Assembly: GCA_964057225.1 (NCBI GenBank)
Contig: OZ059895.1
Coordinates: forward strand, 17,608,001-17,672,000
DNA length: 64,000 nt
Direction: 5' to 3'
From: Auanema rhodensis
Taxonomy: Eukaryota > Animalia > Nematoda
In this document: positions 29,250-39,208 of the stretch, piece by piece
Layout of the letters: every line of letters starts with the position of its first letter
How positions within the stretch are numbered: position 1 is the first letter of the stretch
Position numbers and translations under genes: made by a program
The notes under the pieces: generated by a model
Told to the model about the DNA's origin: nothing
Seen by the model: the letters and a program-made list of their open reading frames with translations, nothing else
The model's database searches: none

Positions 29250-30076
29250 AACAAACGCAAAATATTTGTAACTAGCTTTAATTATATCTAATATCTTCAT
29301 ACGTTTCTATGTTTTGAAATAAATTGTATGTTTTTTATTCGATATTGGAGAATTATTCATTTGCTTTGAAAACACAAAGTAAGCTATAAGTTGGTGAAAG
29401 AATAGATTTGTTGAAAAGAAAACATGGTAAAGAGACATAGATTCATATCTAATTTCAATGAAAAGTTCAAGTTAAAAAGAAAATTACATAGTTTTTCGTG
29501 GGACTATGAAAAGGAGGTTGAGGCTATGAATTGGATAACAATCGCATCTTCTTACATACAAATATATAATAATATTTGAATAATTATTTAGATTCATATA
29601 AATAAGTAAATAAAATTAAAATAAAGTATTTTTAATTTAATTTTAAATAAGATAAATGAATACAATTGAATCAAAGTCATGATGATTATCAGTGGAGCGC
29701 GACTTATTAAGTATTGTTTTCTGTTATAATTTCACTAAAAAGTATAATTAACTGAAATAAACTAAGTATTACAAAACTTGAAAATATGAAATCGACCCTG
29801 TAGAACTAGAAAAAGTGACTGAAATTTGAAAATATCATCATATCAACGAGATATGACACCTTGAACATAGCCCCCTTAGTGAACATGTATTGCCTTCTGG
29901 TTTATATGATATAACGACTTTTTACTTTATCATATAGTTACCTTTTATATATAAATGTGGTCAATAGCCGAAAGGATAAGATGACAGACTGGCACTCAAA
30001 CAGTCCAAGATCGAGTCCCACAGGTTGCTGATCAGAACATAAGGTAAGACAGAACTTATAGAAGCAGAACACAGGT

Positions 30077-31020
30077 ACCAGGACCCCCGAGGACCAGGAG
30101 CAGAAGGACCAGGAGCAGGAGGACCAGGACCAGGACCCCCGAGGACCAGGAGCAGGAGGACCAGGACCAGGACCCCCGACGACCAGGAGCAGGAGGACCA
30201 GGACCAGGACCCCCGAGGACCAGGAGCAGGAGGACCAGGACCAGGACCCCCGAGGACCAGGAGCAGGAGGACCAGGACCAGGAACAGAAGGACCAGGACC
30301 AGGACCCCCGAGGACCAGGACCCCCGAGGACCAGGAGCAGGAGGACCAGGAGCAGGAGGACCAGGACCAGGACCCCCGAGGACCAGGACCCCCGAGGACC
30401 AGGAGCAGGAGGACCAGGACCACCGAGGACCAGGACCAGGACCACCGAGGACCAGGACCAGGACCACCGAGGACCAGGACCAGGACCACCGAGGACCAGG
30501 ACCAGGACCCCCGAGGACCAGGAGCAGGAGGACCAGGAGCAGGAGGACCAGGAGCAGGAGGACCAGGACCAGGACCACCGAGGACCAGGACCAGGAACCC
30601 CGAGGACCAGGAGCAGGAGGACCAGGAGCAGGAGGACCAGGAGCAGGAGGACCAGGACCAGGACCACCGAGGACCAGGACCAGGAACCCCGAGGACCAGG
30701 ACCAGGACCACCGAGGACCAGGACCAGGAACCCCGAGGACCAGGACCAGGACCACCGAGGACCAGGACCAGGAACCCCGAGGACCAGGACCAGGAACCCC
30801 GAGGACCAGTACCAGGAACCCCGAGGACCAGGACCAGGAACCCCGAGGACCAGGACCAGGAACCCCGAGGACCAGGACCCCCGAGGACCAGGACCCCCGA
30901 GGACCAGGACCCCCGAGGACCAGGACCCCCGAGCACCAGGACCCCCGAGCACCAGGACCCCCGAGCACCAGGACCAGGAGGACCAGGACCAGGAGGACCA
31001 GGACCAGGAGGACCAGGACC
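30077..31020. repeat. Composite minisatellite of GGACCA / GGAGCA / GGA / GGACCCCCGA-type units
   Basis: 944 bp with a single T on the + strand (30810). Hexamer units are mixed with 10-nt units (GGACCCCCGA, GGAACCCCGA, GGACCACCGA) that shift the reading frame. Confidence 0.92.
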
Positions 31021-31492
31021 TCAGTACTTTTCAATGTTCAAATAAATTTTTTGATGAGGAGAACCTCTGAGGACCAGGGGGACCTTCCATCCCATGACCC
31101 CTGGAGCAGTTGGAGGTGGCGGACCTCGAATCCAAGAGTTCAACTAATTTTTTTTATTTGTGAACTGGCTAGTTGAGGTGAAACGGGATGGAAATAAATA
31201 AATTAGGAAATTCTTGATGAACCTACTCATACTTGCTGAGAAGACTTTGTTTTATTTTTTTTAAAATTGAAAGTAACTGAAAAAAGAATAAAATTATTAA
31301 AAATAATGTTCAAAATGAAGAAATGCAACCGTGGATAAGAGTTCGAAAAATAACAAATTGACGTGAGTAGAAAGTACACGAGAATTATGCTGATCAGTCA
31401 ACATACAGTTCACGCGTCAAGTTTGCACACGTGTTTCAAAGAATAAGAAAATCAGACTTAAAGCTTTATCGGGGTGGAAAGCAAAAGAATTC

Positions 31493-31564
31493 TGGAGATA
31501 TGGGGAATTGAACCCCAGCCCTCTCCCATGCTAAGGGAGCGCTCTACCACTGAGCTATATCCCC
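31493..31564 (-). tRNA. tRNA-Ala(AGC), intact
   Basis: GGGGATATAGCTCAGTGGTAGAGCGCTCCCTTAGCATGGGAGAGGGCTGGGGTTCAATTCCCCATATCTCCA; 72-nt cloverleaf with A and B boxes and anticodon AGC. Confidence 0.96.
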
Positions 31565-31935
31565 ACATTTCAATTAATTTCTCTTTTCCCGGAGAAAACT
31601 GATTTCTTCAAATTTCTTATTATCATTTCCTATCTTGTAAGGTCCGTTTGTTTTTGAACCACTTAATAACCCAGAAAAGTTTTTATTCGATTAAAGGAAG
31701 TTGCTGCCTCAGCTATGATAAGCTGACAGGAGTTGCGGTCCCGCAGTATCGCTAGCTCTAACTCACATGGAATCATCTCTGTTCCTCATCATTGACAGCT
31801 TTGCAAATCAGAATTATCCTGACTGAAGACAATGATTTAACATCTTTTCAGTTTAGATATTTTATTTGAAACGTACCTTGTATGAGTTTAACTAAAAAAA
31901 TGAAAAACATCAAATAGTCAAAAGTTAAAAAGTTC

Positions 31936-32006
31936 TGGAGATATGGGGAATTGAACCCCAGCCCTCTTCCATGCTAAGGGAGCGCTCTACCACTGAGCTA
32001 TATCCC
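31936..32006 (-). pseudogene. Degenerate tRNA-Ala(AGC) copy
   Basis: Lacks one 5' G (71 nt) and has a G>A change that breaks an anticodon-stem pair (GGGAG>GGAAG). The conserved upstream module is absent. Confidence 0.7.
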
Positions 32007-32497
32007 ACATTTTCCCTAGGATGTTGAACGAAAAAAAAAAGTTTACTTTTTTTTGCTCTACTAACAGTTTTTTATTGATTATTTTAAGATTTTTAAAAAT
32101 AGGTCTATGGTTTTACAAAAAGTTCACATCTTTCAAGATATTTCAACTGATATTGTAATTCTATACTTCACTATGCTCTGATTCGAAAAAAGGAATGAAA
32201 CTCATACAAAATACGTTTTTCTTCCAATATGAACAAGAAATAAAAGTTTAGAGTTTGTCTTCAGTCAGGATAATTCTGATTTGCAAAGCTGTCAATGATG
32301 AGGAACAGAGATGATTCCATGTGAGTTAGAGCTAGCGATACTGCGGGACCGCAACTTCCTTTAATTGAATAAGAACTTTTCTGGGTTATTAAGTGTTTCC
32401 AAAATAAACGGACCTTTCAAGATAGGTTATAATAAAAAGAAATTTGAAGAAATCAGTATTCTTAGGGGCAAGAGAATCTGAAAATCTGTTATCATGT

Positions 32498-32569
32498 GGG
32501 GATATAGCTCAGTGGTAGAGCGCTCCCTTAGCATGGGAGAGGGCTGGGGTTCAATTCCCCATATCTCCA
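32498..32569 (+). tRNA. tRNA-Ala(AGC), intact
   Basis: Identical 72-nt cloverleaf, followed by a T7 Pol III terminator. Confidence 0.96.
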
Positions 32570-32705
32570 GAATTTTTTTACTTTTGACGATATGATGTAT
32601 TTCATTTTTCAAGTTAAACCCATACAAGGTACGTTTCAAAGAAAATATGTAAACTGAAAAGATGTTAAATCATTGTCTTCAGTCAGGATAATTCTGATTT
32701 GCAAA

Positions 32706-32802
32706 GCTGTCAATGATGAGGAACAGAGATGATTCCATGTGAGTTAGAGCTAGCGATACTGCGGGACCGCAACTCCTGTCAGCATATCATAGCTGAGGCA
32801 GC
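32706..32802 (+). ncRNA. Candidate box C/D-like RNA in the tRNA upstream module (second full copy at 31703-31799, minus strand)
   Basis: GCTGTC-A-ATGATGA (box C) ... CTGA (box D)-GGCAGC with a 6-bp terminal stem including one G-U pair; 97 nt. No guide target identified, and the boxes are lost in two other copies. Confidence 0.3.
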
Positions 32803-32950
32803 AACTTCCTTTAATCGAATAAAAACTTTTCTGGGTTATTAAGTGTTTCAAAAACAAACGGACCTTACAAGATAGGAAATGATAATAAGAAATTTGAAGA
32901 AATCAGTATTCTCCGGAAGGAGAAATCTAAAGAGAATTCAATTGACATGC

Positions 32951-33022
32951 GGGGATATAGCTCAGTGGTAGAGCGCTCCCTTAGCATGGGAGAGGGCTGG
33001 GGTTCAATTCATCATATCTCCA
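32951..33022 (+). tRNA. tRNA-Ala(AGC) variant with damaged T-stem (possible pseudogene)
   Basis: The 3' T-stem strand is CATCA instead of CCCCA, giving one G-U pair and one G.A mismatch. Confidence 0.7.
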
Positions 33023-33281
33023 AAAATTCTTTTGGCACTTATCGGTCTTATGCCTCCTCTCCCATTTCTTTTAATTTGGGGAGCTTGTGTCAATTTTAAA
33101 TAAATTTTAAAAGTTTTTTACGTAAACAGTTCTTCGAATGTTTGTAACATAACTTTTGAAAAACTTTACAATTATCTTCTTATATTGAAAATAGATTTAT
33201 TTTTCTAATGTAAATATTTTTTTAACTATTAAAGACAAATCATTAAAGTTTTATCTGTACACTTATCTAAAGATTCTAGTT

Positions 33282-33605
33282 GATGGGCTCGACATAAACC
33301 GAATTTCCAGAAAATGCAAAAGTCGCATCCAAATTACACTCGGAAAATCAGATTCTACACATCTCATTACCCAACCTCAGATTATAATTATTTAATAATA
33401 AATGTTGATCTTTGAGAAAAATGAACAATCACCGGATACACAGTGACTACAGCCTGTACATTTTTGTGAACAAATCTTGTGGATGGGTTCGAAACAAACC
33501 GATTTTCCGGAAAAGGCAAAAGTTCCATCCAAATTTCACTCGGAAATTCAGATTCTACACCTCTGATGATGGGCTCGACATAAACCGATTTTCCGGAAAA
33601 AGTCG
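33282..33605. repeat. Three copies of a ~79-bp repeat (33282-33360, 33482-33560, partial 33568-33605)
   Basis: GATGGGCTCGACATAAACCGA(A/T)TTTCC(A/G)GAAAA...CAGATTCTACAC repeated; the first two copies are exactly 200 bp apart. Confidence 0.85.
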
Positions 33606-34900
33606 AAAAGCCGAGGTAGAATCAGGAAGAGCCAAGGAAGAGCCGAAGAGTCGAAGAATAACCAGGAAGAGCCGAGGAAGAATCAGGAGGAGCCAAGCAG
33701 GAGCCGAAGAGTCGAAGAAGAATCAGGAAGAGCCGAGGAAGAATCAGGAGGAGCCGAGAAAGAACCAGGAGAAGCCGAAAAGTCGAAGAAGAATCAGGAG
33801 GAGCCGAGGAAGAACCAGGAGGAGCCAAGCAGGAGCCGAAGAATCGAGGAGGTGTCGAGGAGGAACCGAGGAAGAGCCAAGGAGAAGCCGAGTAGGAGTC
33901 GAGGAGAAGCCGAGGAAGAACGAGGAAAAGCCGAAAAGTCGAAGAAGAATCAGGAGGAGCCGAGGAAGAACCAGGAGGAGCCAAGCAGGAGCCGAAGAGT
34001 CGAAGAAGAATCAGGAAGAGCCGAGGAAGAATCAGGAGGAGCCGAGAAAGAACCAGGAGAAGCCGAAAAGTTGAAGAAGAATCAGGAGGAGCCGAGGAAC
34101 AATCAGGAGAAGCCGAGGAAGAACCAGGAGGAGCCGAGGAAGAACCAGGAGGAGTCGAGGAGGTGTCGAGGAGAAACCGAGGAAGAGCCAAGGAGAAGCC
34201 GAAAAGTCGAAGAAGAATCAGGAGGAGCCGAGGAAGAACCAGGAGGAGCCAAGCAGGAGCCGAAGAGTCGAAGAAGAATCAGGAAGAGCCGAGGACGAAC
34301 CAGGAGGTATCGAGGAGGTGTTGAGGAGGAACCGAGGAAGAACGAGGAGGATCGAAGAGTAGAGGAAAAACCAGAAAGAGCCGAGGAGAAGCCAGAAGAA
34401 GCCAAGGAGGAGCCGAAGAGTCGAAGAAGAATCAGGAAGAGCCGAGGACGAACCAGGAGTCGAGGAGGTATCGAGGAGGTGTCGAGGAGGAGCCGAGGAG
34501 AAGCCGAAAAGGAGCCGAGAAAGAACAAGGAGGATCGAAGAGTAGAGGAAAAGCCAAGGAGAAGGGAAGTAGGAGTCGAGGAAGAGCCAAGGAGAAGCCG
34601 AGGAAGAGCTGAAGAGTCAAGGAAGAACCAGGAGGAGCCGAAGAAGAATCAGGAGGAGCCGAGGAGAAGCCGAGGAAAAGCTGAAAAGTCGAGGTAGAAC
34701 CAGTAGGAGCCGAGGAAGAGCTGAAGAGTCGAGGAAGAACCAGGAGGAGCCGAGGTGGAGCCGAAGAAGAATCAGGAGGAGCCGAGGAGAAGCCGAGGAA
34801 AAGCTGAAAAGTCGAGGTAGAACCAGTAGGAACCGAGGAAGAGCTGAAGAGTCGAGGAAGAACCAGGAGGAGTCGAGGAGGTTTCGAGGAGGAGCCGAAA
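33600..34900 (+). repeat. Purine-rich minisatellite (~21-bp GAAGAA(C/T)CAGGAGGAGCCGAG units plus ~10-bp CCGAAAAGTC-type units); left arm of a large inverted repeat
   Basis: Visible tandem units. The overlapping EEPRKNQ / RRSRGR / GAEEE ORFs arise from T-poverty. Confidence 0.9.
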
Positions 34901-35345
34901 AGTGTAGCCTGTCGTCTTGAAAATGCATCGTACTGGATATAAGCAATTTAGAGTTCTGTAAATTTCAAGATTACAATCTTGTTAGAATTTTAATTTCATA
35001 CCATGTAGTCAGAATATCAAAATTCAGAGTCTGAAGAGCCCAGTAACTGTCGACCTCTTCGGATGGCGACAGTCGAAGTAATGACTGTTAACTATCATAA
35101 CAGAGGAGTAGTCGAAGAGTCGAGGAACCGAAGAGTCGAAGAGCAGCCGAGAAGTGTAGCCTGTTGTCTTGAAAATGCATCGTACTGGATATAAGTAATT
35201 TAGAGTTCTGTAAATTTCAAGATTACAATCTTGTTAGAATTTTAATTTCATACCATGTAGTCAGAATATCAAAATTCAGAGTCTGAAGAGCCCAGTAACT
35301 GTCGACCTCTTCGGATGGCGACAGTCGAAGTAATGATTGTCAACT
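34900..35345 (+). repeat. Direct duplication of a 194-bp module (34900-35093 and 35152-35345)
   Basis: The copies are offset by 252 bp and differ at 4 positions seen; a short satellite stretch separates them. Confidence 0.92.
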
Positions 35346-36773
35346 GAAAAAAATTTGCTTATATACCCCTATGACGGACAGACCACGTCAACCACGTTTA
35401 CGTAAAATTTCAAAAATTCAAAAAACAAAAAGCGGCTGTATACGATTTGAAAATTACAGGAAATGAATGAAAATAGTGTAAAAGAAATGTTTTAATTTAT
35501 ATTTTAATGTAATTAATATTATATTTTTAATATTATTATTAATATTTTATATTGTTTATAATTATAAAATATTTTTATATAATAAATATTACTAACTAAA
35601 TGTTTGTTTTTTTAATTTAATTTAAGTTGGTTATTAGTAATAAACATTTAAATAATTTGAAACATGAATATTATGATAATTAATTATAATTTCTTGATAC
35701 AATCAATATAGACAAAAATTTATTCTTATTTCACTAGAGTTTGACATTATTTAAATTTGCACAGGAAATCAAATAAGGAAGAACCAAAAAAGAATAAAGA
35801 TAATAATTATTAACAAATGACTAAAACAGTTCAAATTCTCGCGGGAGGCCAAGTATTTATTGATACACCTATTATACTAATTTTATTATATATTATATAT
35901 GTATATTGTTTTTTTTTCTTGCTTTAATATTATTCAAATAAATAAAAATATATTTCTAAACTTTTCTGCTTTACAACAAGGAAAACAAAATATTTCGTTG
36001 GAAATATTATATGATGTACATCATATCACATCTTGACTGTATAGGTAATTATAATAAAAATATAGAATACTTTTTTGGAGGAATAGGTTTTGTTTTTGTT
36101 TTAGTCATTTGTTAATAATTATTATCTTTATTCTTTTTTGGTTCTTCCTTATTTGATTTCCTGTGCAAATTTAAATAATGTCAAACTCTAGTGAAATAAG
36201 AATAAATTTTTGTCTATATTGATTGTATCAAGAAATTATAATTAATTATCATAATATTCATGTTTCAAATTATTTAAATGTTTATTACTAATAACCAACT
36301 TAAATTAAATTAAAAAAACAAACATTTAGTTAGTAATATTTATTATATAAAAATATTTTATAATTATAAACAATATAAAATATTAATAATAATATTAAAA
36401 ATATAATATTAATTACATTAAAATATAAATTAAAACATTTCTTTTACACTATTTTCATTCATTTCCTGTAATTTTCAAATCGTATACAGCCGCTTTTTGT
36501 TTTTTGAATTTTTGAAATTTTACGTAAACGTGGTTGACGTGGTCTGTCCGTCATAGGGGTATATAAGCAAATTTTTTTCAGTTGACAATCATTACTTCGA
36601 CTGTCGCCATCCGAAGAGGTCGACAGTTACTGGGCTCTTCAGACTCTGAATTTTGATATTCTGACTACATGGTATGAAATTAAAATTCTAACAAGATTGT
36701 AATCTTGAAATTTACAGAACTCTAAATTACTTATATCCAGTACGATGCATTTTCAAGACGACAGGCTACACTT
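35152..36773. repeat. Long inverted repeat: 677-bp arms (35152-35828 / 36097-36773) with a 268-bp spacer; foldback-like
   Basis: Symmetric positions sum to 71925 at both ends (no net indel). Only one mismatch was seen in the stretches compared (35165/36760). Confidence 0.92.
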
Positions 36774-37970
36774 TTCGGCTCCTCCTCGACACCTCCTCGA
36801 CTCCTCCTGGTTCTTCCTCGACTCTTCAGCTCTTCCTCGGCTCCTACTGGTTCTTCCTCGACTTTTCAGCTTTTCCTCGGCTTCTCCTGGTTCTTTCTCG
36901 ACTCTTCGGCTTCTCCTCGGCTCCTCCTGATTCTTCTTCGGCTCCACCTCGGCTCCTCCTGGTTCTTCCTCGACTCTTCAGCTCTTACTCGACTCTTCAG
37001 CTCTTCCTCGGCTCCTACTGGTTCTTCCTCGACTTTTCGGCTTCTCCTCGGCTCCTCCTGGTTCTGCTTCGGCTCTTCCTCGGCTCCTACTGGTTCTTCC
37101 TCGACTTTTCGGCTCTTCCTCGGCTCCTCCTCGACACCTCCTCGATACCTCCTCGACTCCTCCTGGTTCGTCCTCGGCTCTTCCGCTCCTCCTCGGCTCC
37201 ATCTGGCTTTTCTTCTACTCTTCGATCCTCCTCGTTCTTCCTCGGCTTCTCCTCGACTCCTACTCGTCTTCTCCTTGGCTCTTTCTCGGCTCCTCCTCGA
37301 CTCCTCCAGGTTCTTCCTTGGCTCCTCCTGATCCTCCTCGGCTCTTCCTCGGCTTCTCCTCGACTCCTACTCGTCTTCTCCTTGGCTCTTTCTCGGCTCC
37401 TCCTCGACTCCTCCAGGTTCTTCCTCGGCTCCTCCTGATTCTTCTTCGACTCTTCGGATCCTCCTCGGCTCTTCCTCGGCTTCTCCTCAACTCCTACTCG
37501 TCCTCTCCTTGGCTCTTTCTCGGCTCCTCCTCGACTCCTCCAGGTTCTTCCTCGGCTCTTCCTGATTCTTCCTCGACTCTTCGGCTCCTCCTGATTCTTT
37601 CTCGACTTTTCGGCTCCTCCTGGTTCTTCTTCTTTAGCTCTTCCTCGGCTCCTACTGGTTCTTCTTCGGCTCCTACTAGTTCTTCCTGGTTCTTCCTCGG
37701 CTTCTCCTCGGCTCCTCCTGGTTCTGCTTCGGCTCCTACTAGTTCTTCCTGGTTCTTCCTCGGCTTTTCCTCGGCTCCTCCTTGGCTCCTCCTGATTCTT
37801 CATCGACTTTTCGGCTCCTCCTCGGCTCTTTCTCGACTCTTCGGCTACTCCTCGGCTCCTCCTTGGCTCCTACTGGTTCTTTCTCGGCTTCTACTGGTTC
37901 TTCCTCGGCTCCTCCTGGTTCTTTCTCGACTCTTCGGTTCCTCCTCGGCTGCTCCTGGTTCTTCCTCGAC
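36774..37970 (-). repeat. Same purine-rich minisatellite in reverse orientation; right arm of the inverted repeat
   Basis: Reverse complement of the 33600-34900 units, collinear near the centre and reshuffled further out; degenerates up to about 38105. Confidence 0.9.
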
Positions 37971-38405
37971 CCTTAAGTTTTTTTAAACTCTTCATTGGTT
38001 CCTCTTCGATTCGTCGGTCCCTTCATGACTCGACGGTTTTTTTTTGGCTCTGCGGTTCTTTCTTGGTTCTTCCTCGGCTTTTGGTTCTCCCTCGATTCTT
38101 CCTCTGTTCTAATTAAAATTTTATCTTATTTTTCCTCGGTTTTCAGTGTCTTCAGTAAAAATAATTATGATTTGCAATGCTGACGAGGAACAGAGATGAT
38201 TCCATGTGAGTTAGAGCTAGCGATACTGCGGGACCGCAACTATCATAGTTGAGGTAGCAAGCAACTACTTTAAGTAAAAAGTATTTTGGGTTATTAAGGG
38301 TTTTCAAAACAAACGGACCATTCAAGATAAGAGGTGATAATAAGATAACTGAAGGAATCAGTATTCTCCGGAAGGAGAAATCTGAAGAGAAATTAATTGA
38401 CATGT

Positions 38406-38477
38406 GGGGATATAGCTCAGTGGTAGAGCGCTCCCTTAGCATGGGAGAGGGCTGGGGTTCAATTCCCCATATCTCCA
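38406..38477 (+). tRNA. tRNA-Ala(AGC), intact
   Basis: Identical 72-nt cloverleaf followed by a T7 terminator. Confidence 0.96.
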
Positions 38478-39208
38478 GAAATTTTTTTCTTTTCTTTATA
38501 TATTCTTGTTTTGGTTTTTTTGCGTTGAAATTAAAGTGGAAAGAACTTGATATTTTCTATTTATAACAAGTTTTTACATTATGGATATGTAGAGAGTAGT
38601 TGTTTTTAATATTTTACTGATTAAGTGAATAATAACATGAAACAATAAATCTGAGAGAGAATAAAGAAAATTGATGCAACAAATATAAAGAGAAATGAAA
38701 TATTAAAGTAGAATAACCACATAGAACCACAGATGGACAGGGATAAACAGGGAGAAGTGACTGAGAATAAATAAATTCACACGTAAGTATTTTCCTTCTT
38801 CTAATTGAACAATGAAAAAAAAATAAATATAACATGTAATGAATTAAGGAGATGTTTTGTTTTGGAAAAAAAATAATACTTGTAATCGAATGACTTTCAG
38901 ATGCTGAAAACGGAACTGATCATCGTTGCTGATAACAATCGTTGAATGAAAATGACAATATGATGATGATAATGAGAAAGTAGTTTAGGTTTTTACATAT
39001 AAAGCAATTATTCTTTGTAAGACTAAGTAGATGCTGGAAGTAATGTGGACGAACAATTCTCGTACAACTATACAGCCGAAATCATTTTGATTAGCATATT
39101 GAGGAATGCTCATTCTAAGCATGCTTCATTCAATAATCTGAGTAATTTAGAACATAATGAATAGCTGGGTAATTGATTAATAAGTTTCTTGATTCATAGG
39201 AGAGAACT

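Larger units (their letters stand above)
31493..33022. repeat. Inverted duplication of a tandem tRNA pair (31493-32006 vs 32498-33022)
   Basis: The inter-tRNA spacers 31565-31935 and 32570-32950 align as reverse complements with scattered substitutions. Confidence 0.88.

Noticed and set aside
29938-31034. Collagen gene (long Gly/Pro-rich ORFs)
   Set aside because: There is no sustained Gly-X-Y periodicity, the frame rotates every few units, and no cuticle-collagen N-terminal or Cys motifs are present. The ORFs are open only because of base composition.
32720-32740. U6-like ACAGAGA box in the 57-bp core
   Set aside because: The AGC triad, the ISL and the rest of U6 are absent; it is a short chance match.
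35276-35350. Hammerhead ribozyme (CTGAAGAG...CGAAG around the UUCG hairpin)
   Set aside because: GAAG replaces GAAA, stem II is not continuous from the core, and there is no stem III or NUH site. An Infernal search would settle it.
33412-37986. Protamine-like, SR-like or neurofilament-like proteins from the repeat ORFs
   Set aside because: Overlapping ORFs in several frames on both strands with rotating peptide words are best explained as satellite DNA.
30077-38100. CRISPR array or other prokaryotic system
   Set aside because: The context is eukaryotic and intron-rich, the repeats lack unique spacers, and there are no cas-like ORFs.
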